A stretch of 61,242 nt of DNA from Patescibacteria group bacterium (GCA_030017555.1 JASEIC010000002.1:1-61242); one strand, 5' to 3'. Shown: positions 1 through 7,677, counted from the stretch's first letter. Made by a program: numbers and translations. Notes: generated from the sequence alone by a model not told the origin.

Positions 1-55
1 GCCGCAGGCGGCGAGGAACCCCCCGCGAATTCGGAGCGGCTTCGCCGCGAGATTT
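1..55. repeat. IR-A left arm: GC-rich perfect inverted repeat, cut by the window edge
   Basis: nt 1-55 are the exact reverse complement of nt 1097-1151. On the + strand they read ..AAGGEEPPANSERLRREI followed by TAA (55-57), which looks like the tail of an ORF entering from the left. Confidence 0.9.
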
Positions 56-114
56 AACAATTCCCAATTTTTCTTTGGCGGCAAATAAATTATGAATTTA
101 CAAAGTAAATACAA

Positions 115-1011
115 CTACGCTTTCGGAGTTTCAATATTTCCTCCTTCAATCGGGTTTACTTCCGGTTTTATTTCACCGGGCGGAATTTCGCCTTCAGGAG
201 TTTTTGGTTCTTCTTCCGGTTTCGGCTCCTCAGGCTTCTCTTCTTTTTTCTGCTCTTCTTCCAGCTTCTGCTTTTCTTCTTCTAGTTTTTTGTCCACGCG
301 CTCCGTTGCTTCCTTTGTTAAATCCTCATCAAACTTTTTCAAAAGTTCCGGTAAGGCTTCAAGAATTTTTGGGAGTAACTTAATTCCTTCTTTGAAAGCT
401 TTTGCCAAAGATTGCGCCATTTCCGGCTCAAGAGAGCCCATTGATTTACTTTCAACGTTGCGTCCTTCGGAAGTTTTCCCATTTTTGAAAATGCTTTCAA
501 AATCGCGAGGATTAAGTCCCTCAAACTCTTTGAACACTTCGTCAATTTTTTCTTGCAGAATTTTTTCTTTCTCCTCGCGAATGAGTCGCTCTTTTTCCTG
601 TTGGCCGATGAGTTCCTCTTTCTGTTTTTCCAAGCCCTCTTGCTCGGCTTGTAATTTTTCTAATTTATCTTTTTCTGAAAATACACTTGGTGGGTCTTCT
701 TCCGTTGGTGGCAAGCCTAGTTTTTCTCTCGCGGCATTTAGAGCGGATTTTGTGCCTTCAATAGATTCTGACAAACGAGTCATCTCTTCTTGTTTGGCTT
801 TAGCTTCGCCTTCCAGATTTTTTAGTTGGTCTTCTGGCGACAACTCCGGTTGTTCTGTTTGTTGTTCTTGCCCTTCTTCCGCTTTTAACTTTTCTAATTC
901 TTCCGGCGTGAGTTCACCCTCTAGTTTTTTTCCAGTATTAACATCTGCCTGTGCTTCGACAGGATTTATTTCGGGACTATTTAAATTTGGTGCACTTTCA
1001 AATTTTGGCAT
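115..1011 (-). CDS. hypothetical acidic Glu/Lys/Pro-rich protein, predicted coiled coil
   Basis: 298-aa ORF with an ATG start. The sequence is strongly E/K/P-biased low complexity with KLEE/EEK runs and no catalytic motif. It lies exactly between the IR-A arms. Confidence 0.6.
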   Translation of the reverse strand: MPKFESAPNLNSPEINPVEAQADVNTGKKLEGELTPEELEKLKAEEGQEQQTEQPELSPEDQLKNLEGEAKAKQEEMTRLSESIEGTKSALNAAREKLGLPPTEEDPPSVFSEKDKLEKLQAEQEGLEKQKEELIGQQEKERLIREEKEKILQEKIDEVFKEFEGLNPRDFESIFKNGKTSEGRNVESKSMGSLEPEMAQSLAKAFKEGIKLLPKILEALPELLKKFDEDLTKEATERVDKKLEEEKQKLEEEQKKEEKPEEPKPEEEPKTPEGEIPPGEIKPEVNPIEGGNIETPKA

Positions 1012-1096
1012 GAGATTGATTAAAAATTTCTCTTTTCTTTTTTCTCCTAAAACATGGTTCGAGCCGATTGTTTTTCCGGGCTCTTTGGCGGTTTTG

Positions 1097-1151
1097 AAAT
1101 CTCGCGGCGAAGCCGCTCCGAATTCGCGGGGGGTTCCTCGCCGCCTGCGGC
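1097..1151. repeat. IR-A right arm
   Basis: Exact reverse complement of nt 1-55 (55/55). Confidence 0.9.
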
Positions 1152-1184
1152 GGCGAAATGCGTTCGGACTAATTCAAGAATACT

Positions 1185-1280
1185 GCACCATTGAGGAAAT
1201 TGCAAGTTTTGAAGATTCGCCTCGCTTCGCTCGGCGGCCAGTTGGTATTGGATTTTCGGGGCAAAAACGAATTGGCGATT
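1185..1280. repeat. IR-B left arm: inverted copy of the recombinase 3' end
   Basis: The reverse complement aligns with 2692-2787. The outer 30 nt (cttcaaaacttgcaatttcctcaatggtgc) are identical, the outer 52 nt match 49/52, and the inner part is more diverged. Confidence 0.85.
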
Positions 1281-1326
1281 TTGAAAAAAGAAAAGAAAAA
1301 TTTTTAATCCCTAATCAAGCAACACT

Positions 1327-2796
1327 ATGAAATACATACTCTACGCAAGGAAAAGTACAGAAGAAGATGACCGCCAAGTCTTGAGCATTGAAGCGCAACT
1401 CGTAGAGTTGCAAGAGTATGCCGCCAAAGAAAAATTGGAAATTGTTGCCTCGCTCTGCGAGGCCAAAACCGCCAAAGAGCCCGGCCGAATGAAATTCGCC
1501 GAAATGTTGTCATTGATTGAAAAAGGAAAGGCAGACGGGATTATATCGTGGCATCCAGACAGGTTAGCAAGAAATTCCGTTGATGGTGGTAAAATAATTC
1601 ACTTCGTTGATCGCGGCTTGATTAAGTCCCTTAAATTTCCCACTTTTTGGTTTGAACCAACGCCACAAGGATTGTTTATGCTGAACATTGCTTTTGGACA
1701 AAGCAAATACTTTGTGGACAATTTGCGAGAGAATGTAAAACGAGGATTGAGGCAGAAAATCAGAAATGGCGTTTGGCCCGGCTGGGCTCCAGTGGGCTAT
1801 CTCAATAATCCAAAAACTCGCTTAATTGATATTGACCGAGCGAAAGCACAGAAAGTGAAAAAGCTTTTTGAGTTTTATTCTACTGGTAGATATACTCTTA
1901 AATCTCTCGCAAATTGGTCTAAAGAAAAAGATTTGTATGGCAATCTCGGAAAAGAAATCGCCGTCAGCAATGTTCAGAAAATCTTGAATAATCCTTTTTA
2001 TATCGGCTTAATGAAATACAGAGGGGAAATTTTTGAGGGACAGCACGAGCCGTTAATTTCAAAGAAACTTTTTGATAAATGCCGAGAGGTGATGAGCAAG
2101 CGAGGAAAAGTCCAAGAAGTCAGAAAATATAATTTTGCTTTTCTTGGCTTAATGAAATGTGCTTCTTGCGGCTGTTCAATAACTGCTGAAATCCAAAAAG
2201 GGCATAATTATTATCGTTGCACCAAAAAGAAAGGGGCCTGCCAAGAAAAGCATTATTTGCGAGAAGAAGTTTTAAATGAGCAGATTAAATCTTTTCTTCA
2301 AAAAGTTTCTTTGACGAGCCAAGACACCGAAAAAGTTTTGGCGGCGTTGGATAATGAACAAGAACAGGCAAAGCAACAGGCAAGGTCAAAAGTGGAAATT
2401 TTGAAAGAGCAGTTAAAACAAGTAGAGATAAAATTAGGAAAACTGCTTGATGTGTTTTTGACTGACGCTTTATCCACAGAAGAATACGCCGCCAAAAAAC
2501 AAGAATTGTTGTCGCAAAAAATGGAGCTTCAGGAAAAAATCACCGACTTTGAGCAAAAAGGGTTATCTTGGCTCGAACCGGCTCGTGAGTTCGTAAAATC
2601 CTTGAATCAAGCCGCAAAACTGATTGATGAGAATAATCTTTCCGAATTGCCAACATTTCTGAAAAACATCGGCTCGAACCATATTTTACGAAATCGCCAA
2701 CTGATTTTTTCGCCCAAAATCCCTTACAATTTAATCGCCGAGCGAGACGAGGCGAACCTTCAAAACTTGCAATTTCCTCAATGGTGCGCCGGGTAG
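1327..2796 (+). CDS. large serine recombinase (resolvase-type catalytic domain, recombinase domain, zinc ribbon, coiled coil)
   Basis: The N-terminus YARKSTEEDDRQVLSIEAQ..DGIISWHPDRLARN matches the serine-recombinase catalytic core. It has the Cys cluster CASCGCS..YYRCTKKKGAC and a Q/E/K-rich coiled coil, and is 489 aa. The stop codon lies inside tRNA-Tyr. Confidence 0.9.
   Translation: MKYILYARKSTEEDDRQVLSIEAQLVELQEYAAKEKLEIVASLCEAKTAKEPGRMKFAEMLSLIEKGKADGIISWHPDRLARNSVDGGKIIHFVDRGLIKSLKFPTFWFEPTPQGLFMLNIAFGQSKYFVDNLRENVKRGLRQKIRNGVWPGWAPVGYLNNPKTRLIDIDRAKAQKVKKLFEFYSTGRYTLKSLANWSKEKDLYGNLGKEIAVSNVQKILNNPFYIGLMKYRGEIFEGQHEPLISKKLFDKCREVMSKRGKVQEVRKYNFAFLGLMKCASCGCSITAEIQKGHNYYRCTKKKGACQEKHYLREEVLNEQIKSFLQKVSLTSQDTEKVLAALDNEQEQAKQQARSKVEILKEQLKQVEIKLGKLLDVFLTDALSTEEYAAKKQELLSQKMELQEKITDFEQKGLSWLEPAREFVKSLNQAAKLIDENNLSELPTFLKNIGSNHILRNRQLIFSPKIPYNLIAERDEANLQNLQFPQWCAG
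2692..2787. repeat. IR-B right arm: last 32 codons of the recombinase gene plus the first 6 nt of the tRNA-Tyr 3' end
   Basis: Inverted match to 1185-1280. Homology ends at ..tggtgc, which is 6 nt into the tRNA (GCACCA). Confidence 0.85.
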
Positions 2797-2868
2797 GATT
2801 CGAACCTACGTAGCCCGATGGGCGCTAGATTTACAGTCTAGTGCAATTGACCACTCTGCCACCGACGC
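2782..2868 (-). tRNA. tRNA-Tyr (GUA), CCA encoded
   Basis: Cloverleaf read by hand. The acceptor is GCGTCGG/CCGGCGC, the anticodon loop is CTGTAAA, there is a long variable arm, the T-arm is GTAGG-TTCGAAT-CCTAC, and the terminus is ACCA. Confidence 0.9.
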
Positions 2869-2871
2869 ATT

Positions 2872-3246
2872 CTAATCAACTTTATACTTCTGATATTTTA
2901 CATGCTCAATTGTCAATTCGTTTCGGCAGTCCACTTTCCCCCAAGGAATTAAATATTTTTCCCCGCGTTCAGTATAAACAAATAATTTATTAAATGCATC
3001 ATCACTATATTTTCTTGAATAATTGTAAGATTGATTTCCTCCCGTAATGCGAAGTCCTGCTTTACATTTATTGTTTTTATAAAGCCCCGCAAATTTAACT
3101 TGCACCCGTTCCAATTTACCGTTTCTTTCTACAATAAAATCATAATGCCTCTTATCGCCTATTGGCAAACAAACTTCGTAACCGTTATTCAAGTAATAAC
3201 TGATCGCTTGACCGATTGCTATATTACCTCGAATTTTTGTATTCAT
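2872..3246 (-). CDS. small PD-(D/E)XK-type endonuclease-like protein
   Basis: 124 aa. The pattern GxxAIxYYLxxGYEVxLPxGDxxxYDFIVE..RVQVK resembles the compact PD-(D/E)XK nuclease fold family. This is motif-level recognition only. Confidence 0.55.
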   Translation of the reverse strand: MNTKIRGNIAIGQAISYYLNNGYEVCLPIGDKRHYDFIVERNGKLERVQVKFAGLYKNNKCKAGLRITGGNQSYNYSRKYSDDAFNKLFVYTERGEKYLIPWGKVDCRNELTIEHVKYQKYKVD

Positions 3247-3303
3247 ACCCTAAAAGTATAACAGAGTATAGTACTGTTTTTAAGAAAAAACAAATTGATC
3301 TTT

Positions 3304-3654
3304 TTAACTAGAAGTGCCTTCACTATTCCCATTACCATTGCCATTCCCGTTTACCTTAACTTGTTCCGAAGCAAAAACATTTTCTTTTGCGGCATCTTTC
3401 TTAAATCGATGTAATTTCTTTGTCAAATTATTGTCTAATCTTAAAATGAAAACTCGAAGCCGCCTTAATAATTTCTCTAAAAAGGTCAGCAACCATTCGT
3501 CGGCCTTCTCTAAATATTCCATAAGCCAATGAGTTTTTAAAACAGACGGCGATGGCGCCTCTAAATCATTTACTCTGGGCGTAGCCCGCGCAAAAATATA
3601 AACAATCACACCCAAACTGAGCATCATAATAATTTGGAGCACAAATTTAAACAT
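3304..3654 (-). CDS. hypothetical membrane-anchored protein with an (NG)n tail
   Basis: 116-aa ORF with an N-terminal hydrophobic helix and a C-terminal NGNGNGNGN run. Confidence 0.5.
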   Translation of the reverse strand: MFKFVLQIIMMLSLGVIVYIFARATPRVNDLEAPSPSVLKTHWLMEYLEKADEWLLTFLEKLLRRLRVFILRLDNNLTKKLHRFKKDAAKENVFASEQVKVNGNGNGNGNSEGTSS

Positions 3655-3686
3655 AAATTTATTTAGCTAATAAAAAGAATAAAAAA

Positions 3687-4127
3687 CTATAATTCGTAGC
3701 GGCAAAACCGACTAATCACAATATTCTCACCTACCTTAGCCACTGTCCGTTTTACAAACTCTTCAACGGTTATTGAATCATCTTTTATGTAAGGCTGGGC
3801 ATGGAGCGCTTCAACATCAACTGGATTCATTGCGGCAATTTGCATTGCAAGTTCATGCGCTAAATTACGAAACGGCTCCGAACGTTGAACAAAATCAGTT
3901 TCACACTTAAGCTCTAAAAGAACGCCGACTCGATCATTATGAACATAAGATTCGATCATGCCGGCGCTGGTTTTACGCCCGCTTTTCTTTTCTGCTTTAA
4001 TCAGTCCTTTTTCGTTGATTAATCGAATGGCATCATCAAAATTACCCTTTGATTCCTCCAGCGCTCGGCGGCAATCCATTACACCGGCACCGGTTACTTC
4101 TCTTAATTTTTGAATATCGTCAATCAT
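3687..4127 (-). CDS. tsf: translation elongation factor Ts (very short form)
   Basis: It has the N-terminal UBA-like motif [19 protein letters not shown] and the core ..[14 protein letters not shown]... It sits downstream of rpsB as in the canonical operon. Only 146 aa. Confidence 0.85.
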   Translation of the reverse strand: MIDDIQKLREVTGAGVMDCRRALEESKGNFDDAIRLINEKGLIKAEKKSGRKTSAGMIESYVHNDRVGVLLELKCETDFVQRSEPFRNLAHELAMQIAAMNPVDVEALHAQPYIKDDSITVEEFVKRTVAKVGENIVISRFCRYEL

Positions 4128-4141
4128 ATTTTAATCTAATA

Positions 4142-4840
4142 TTAATTAACGGGAATTTCTTTTCGTAATTCGCTTTTTACCTTCTTCATTACCCACTCTA
4201 TGCTCATTTTAGTATGATCATTGGCAAATATCGGATATTTCACGAGATCAGGATTATCGTCAGTATCTAAAATTGCAACCACTGGAATATTTATTTTTTT
4301 TGCTTCTCGGACAGCGGTTTCATGAACTTGAATATCTACCACAAAAAGAGCATCGGGTATTTTCTTTAAATTTGCTAAACCGTCAAAGGATTCAGAAAGT
4401 TTTGAAATTTCTTTGCTAAATTCAAGCTGTTCTTTTTTCGTATATTTAACAAGCTCTCCTCTTTCTTTCTTTGATCTTAAATCCTCGTAGTATTTTAACC
4501 GGTCAGTGATAACCTTAAAATTAGTCATTGTTCCGCCAAGCCACCGTTTGATAACATATGGAAATTTAAATTCCGAAGCAAATTCTTTCACCCCGTCTTT
4601 GGCCGCCGCCTGGGTACCAACCGCAAGCACTAAACCGCCTGCCTTAACTTTCTCTTTTAAAAAACCAATTGCTTTATTTAAACTATCAAAAGTCGCTTGA
4701 GGATCAATAAGCTCTATTTCATTTCTAATCCCGCCGATAAAAGGCTTCATTCTCGGATGAGTTCTGGATTTTTTGTGACCAAAGATAACGCCGGACTGAG
4801 CCATTTCAGTTACTATTTCATTAGTCAGATCTTCGGGCAT
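4142..4840 (-). CDS. rpsB: 30S ribosomal protein S2
   Basis: 232 aa with typical S2 sequence (GVIFGHKKSRTHPRMKPFI..., WLGGTMTNF). Confidence 0.93.
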   Translation of the reverse strand: MPEDLTNEIVTEMAQSGVIFGHKKSRTHPRMKPFIGGIRNEIELIDPQATFDSLNKAIGFLKEKVKAGGLVLAVGTQAAAKDGVKEFASEFKFPYVIKRWLGGTMTNFKVITDRLKYYEDLRSKKERGELVKYTKKEQLEFSKEISKLSESFDGLANLKKIPDALFVVDIQVHETAVREAKKINIPVVAILDTDDNPDLVKYPIFANDHTKMSIEWVMKKVKSELRKEIPVN

Positions 4841-4875
4841 AATAGATTAAATGTTAAACAAAAACTTTGTCGGTG

Positions 4876-4925
4876 TCAAAACCCCGTCACCAGATCGAGC
4901 ACTGCAGTGCTCGGCTCGGTGCGGA
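4876..4925 (-). terminator. GC-rich compound hairpin plus U-tract after trmD
   Basis: On the minus strand: ccgcacc..cgagcactgcagtgctcg..ggtgacgg followed by ggttttgac. Confidence 0.55.
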
Positions 4926-4926
4926 G

Positions 4927-5568
4927 TCAAAACTTACCGCGCCACTTTGATATTTTTATATGATTACCCGACAAGAGAACTTTTGGCACATTCCAATTTT
5001 TTTTCTTCTTCCCGGGTCTAAACATCTCTGGACGCGTATAAACAGGGTAAGATCCTTTTATTTCTTCAAGCGATTCCTGTCTGCCCAAAACACCGGGAAT
5101 ATGACGACTTATTGCTTCCACTAAAACCATTGCCGGCAATTCTCCGCCAGAAAGCACATAATCACCTATTGATATTTCTTCATCCGCAATATATTCGGCC
5201 ACTCTTTCATCAACGCCTTCATAACGACCACAAATCAAAATGATATTCCTGTATTTTGACAAACGTCTTGCGATTTTCTGGTCAAATTTCTTGCCGCGCG
5301 TTGAAAAAAGAATTATTCGCGGTTTCAATCTTAATCGCCTTTCAATCGCTTCCACGGCTTTATATATCGGCTCAACTTTTAAAACCATGCCCGGTCCGCC
5401 GCCATACGCTTTTTCATCAACCGTTCTATGTTTATCTTTTGCGTACTTTCTAAAATTAATAAAATCAACCTTAATAAGCTTTTTCTTTTGCGCGCGCCCC
5501 AAAATTGATTCTTCAGTATAGGGCTTTAGCGTCTCCGGAAATAGTGTCAGGATGTAAAATTTTATCAT
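4927..5568 (-). CDS. trmD: tRNA (guanine37-N1)-methyltransferase
   Basis: Family-typical sequence (ILTLFPE.., YGGGPGMVL, CGRYEGVDERV, GDYVLSGGELPA). I chose the start at MIKFYILT; the ORF track extends to 5607. Confidence 0.9.
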   Translation of the reverse strand: MIKFYILTLFPETLKPYTEESILGRAQKKKLIKVDFINFRKYAKDKHRTVDEKAYGGGPGMVLKVEPIYKAVEAIERRLRLKPRIILFSTRGKKFDQKIARRLSKYRNIILICGRYEGVDERVAEYIADEEISIGDYVLSGGELPAMVLVEAISRHIPGVLGRQESLEEIKGSYPVYTRPEMFRPGKKKKNWNVPKVLLSGNHIKISKWRGKF

Positions 5569-5600
5569 AGTCGCAAAAATATTATAGACGAAGATTACTT

Positions 5601-5636
5601 TTAACAAAACCCCGCCCCTCCATGGAGGGGCGGGGG
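5601..5636 (-). terminator. rho-independent terminator after the KH-domain gene
   Basis: ccccgcccctcc-atgg-aggggcgggg stem followed by ttttgtt on the minus strand. Confidence 0.8.
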
Positions 5637-5660
5637 TGGTTTCGGAGTTAACGTTTTTGA

Positions 5661-5960
5661 CTATTTTTCTTCGTCAAGCGTTGATTTCCGAAAAGGTCGA
5701 GTTCCTCCTTCTGGCTCTTCAATCTTCAAATTCACTCGAGCATTGTTTTTAATACCAACAATTCTTAAGAGTGAACGGATTGCTTTAGCAGTTGCGCCTT
5801 GCCGGCCAACTACCTGTCCCATATCTTGAGGATGAACCTTAAGGGACAAGAGCACGCCCATCTCGTCTACTTTGCGATCAACCTTCACGTCATCTGGATG
5901 ATCAACAATAGATTTTACGAGATAATCAAGAAACTCTTGATCAACAGTATTTTTTGTCAT
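5661..5960 (-). CDS. KH-domain RNA-binding protein (KhpA/YlqC-like)
   Basis: 99 aa with the VGRQGATAKAIRSLLR KH GXXG-type motif. It sits in the conserved position between rpsP and trmD. Confidence 0.8.
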   Translation of the reverse strand: MTKNTVDQEFLDYLVKSIVDHPDDVKVDRKVDEMGVLLSLKVHPQDMGQVVGRQGATAKAIRSLLRIVGIKNNARVNLKIEEPEGGTRPFRKSTLDEEK

Positions 5961-6150
5961 GATTTACATTACAATCACTTCGTTTTCGACCTTTTTAGCC
6001 AGAAAAATAAAAACAAATCAATAACCCTTAAATTAATTAATCTATTATAGATTTACATTATAACTTGCTTAATTAAGTTTGTCAATGGCAGTCAAATCTT
6101 ATTTATTTTGCGGGATTTCTTCACTTTTTTTTCTTCTTAGGCGCTTTGTC

Positions 6151-6435
6151 TTATTCTATATTTCTTTTCTTTGCTATTTTATGAACTGGGATTTTAGGAC
6201 CTTTAATAACTCCTTTACGCACCAATAAATTATGAACGGTTGGCGTTGCTTTGGCGCCAACTTTGAGCCAATAATTAGCCCGCTCACTGTTAACACTCCC
6301 CTCGCCCGAGGTCGGATTATACCAACCCAAATCATCAATAAAACGACCGTGAACTTTTGACCGTTTTTCCGCCACAATAATGCGAAAAGATGCCTGATGT
6401 TTTTTCCCTATTCTTTTAAATTTAATAGCTAACAT
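6151..6435 (-). CDS. rpsP: 30S ribosomal protein S16
   Basis: MLAIKFKRIGKKHQASFRIIVAEKRSKVHGRFIDDLGWYNP is typical S16. ATG at 6435; the ORF track extends to 6474. Confidence 0.9.
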   Translation of the reverse strand: MLAIKFKRIGKKHQASFRIIVAEKRSKVHGRFIDDLGWYNPTSGEGSVNSERANYWLKVGAKATPTVHNLLVRKGVIKGPKIPVHKIAKKRNIE

Positions 6436-6641
6436 ATACGTAGAAAAGTATACATAATGATTAAAATAAATCAAGTAAAAAATAAACCTTCTAGTCTTCT
6501 ATTTTAAAACTTCTTCGGTAAAATTCAAATTCTTTATCTTTTCTTAAATATTCCTTAAATTGGAAACAATATTACATAGTTTCCCGCATCCACCACTTGA
6601 AGCCTTAGCCGCAAGATTATCTCTGGATGTAGTTTTATTAT

Positions 6642-6676
6642 ACAAAAATCCCTCTTTCTTTTTAAGAAAGAGGGAT
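6642..6676 (-). terminator. rho-independent terminator after 6722..7366
   Basis: atccctctttctt-aaaa-agaaagagggat followed by ttttg on the minus strand. Confidence 0.75.
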
Positions 6677-6721
6677 AAATCAAAGGGACAAAGAGTTCAA
6701 GAAGAATCCGTCTCCGGCGGA

Positions 6722-7366
6722 TTAAACAGCCAGTTGCGGAACCACCAACCGATAACGGAACTCGGCGTTCCAGACGTTGCCGTTCTCGAACCGGTTCACA
6801 TTCACATCGAGCGTGCTGTCCGAGTGCACGTACACGTAGGTAACAAAGAACTGATTATTTGACTTAAATAAGAAAAACATACTACAACCGTCAGTTTTAA
6901 ACCAATGACGATGTTTCTTCGCGAAGTTCTTGATTTGAGATTGGGTAAAGCAAAGAGCATTCAAATCGCTTGAAAGAGAACCGAACATTTGTGCAAATGT
7001 CGCATCTTTCACCATCTCATAAACTTGAACGGGTGTCGCTTCTGTTCTTAACCCTTTTTTATTCGCACCGTAATTCTTGAAATCGGAATCCCGATACGCG
7101 AATACATCGGTTGCGTCGTAAAGAGTTTCTGATCCGTCAACGGAATCAAGTATAATTGATTCTCCAGCAGAAATAAGTCTTAAGAATTGAAGAATCTTTT
7201 TCTCCGCCTTACCTACAAGAATCCTTGCAATTTCTTGAATTTTGCTCTCATCCTTGAGAGAGTAAAACACATCCTCGGTCCCTCCAAGCTTTTTCACTTC
7301 TTTAAAGAGTCTCGAAAGAACATCGATTAAAAACATCAAAGCCGAGATAAAATTTGATTTTTTCAT
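6722..7366 (-). CDS. hypothetical protein (accessory cassette, gene B)
   Basis: 214-aa ORF with ATG preceded by AAGGAG 7 nt upstream. It has its own consensus promoter and terminator. The C-terminal motif YVYVHSDS is shared in form with 7806..8660. Confidence 0.7.
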   Translation of the reverse strand: MKKSNFISALMFLIDVLSRLFKEVKKLGGTEDVFYSLKDESKIQEIARILVGKAEKKILQFLRLISAGESIILDSVDGSETLYDATDVFAYRDSDFKNYGANKKGLRTEATPVQVYEMVKDATFAQMFGSLSSDLNALCFTQSQIKNFAKKHRHWFKTDGCSMFFLFKSNNQFFVTYVYVHSDSTLDVNVNRFENGNVWNAEFRYRLVVPQLAV

Positions 7367-7453
7367 TTTAACATCTCCTTATATTGTGGCTTTCCATCAC
7401 TCAATCGTTTAGTCATGAGCATCGGATAAACCAGTTTTAAATTTACTGCTATA

Positions 7454-7482
7454 ATTATACTCCTATATTATTAAAAAGTCAA
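7454..7482 (-). promoter_or_regulatory. sigma70-type promoter for 6722..7366
   Basis: Minus strand TTGACT (7482-7477), 17 nt, TATAAT (7459-7454). Confidence 0.65.
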
Positions 7483-7593
7483 GTCAAAAAACCCCTGATT
7501 TATAAAGGTTTTTGAGTAAAACAAACAATGCAACCAGGAGAACCTCGTTCCCAAGTAAGTATGCTGGAGCGGGTTTAAAAATCTGCGAGCGAG

Positions 7594-7617
7594 CGCCTGC
7601 CTGCCGACAGGCAGGCG
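7594..7617. repeat. GC-rich 10-bp-stem hairpin abutting the minisatellite
   Basis: cgcctgcctg-ccga-caggcaggcg. The left arm is an inverted partial copy of the 20-bp repeat unit. Confidence 0.85.
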
Positions 7618-7677
7618 GCAGGCAGGGCAGGCAGGCGGCAGGCAGGGCAGGCAGGCGGCAGGCAGGGCAGGCAGGCG
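7611..7677. repeat. 20-bp GC-rich tandem repeat, 3.35 copies
   Basis: gcaggcggcaggcagggcag occurs at 7611, 7631 and 7651, plus a partial gcaggcg. All copies are identical. Confidence 0.95.

Larger units (their letters stand above)
1047..1280 (-). pseudogene. start-less 3'-terminal fragment of a second large serine recombinase gene
   Basis: The minus frame reads NRQFVFAPKIQYQLAAERSEANLQNLQFPQWC, parallel to the C-terminus of the 1327..2796 protein (NRQLIFSPKIPYNLIAERDEANLQNLQFPQWC). It then runs through IR-A (..AAAGGEEPPANSERLRRE..) to TAG at 1047-1049. There is no start codon and no catalytic domain. Confidence 0.6.

Noticed and set aside
92-1330. 412-aa Ser/Phe-rich ORF on the + strand
   Set aside because: It is the antisense shadow of the Glu/Lys-rich gene 115..1011, because GAA/AAG codons read as TTC/CTT in reverse. 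It is extreme low complexity and it runs through both repeat arms.
7611-7677. Possible CRISPR array
   Set aside because: The 20-bp units are contiguous with no spacers, and no cas genes are present in the window.
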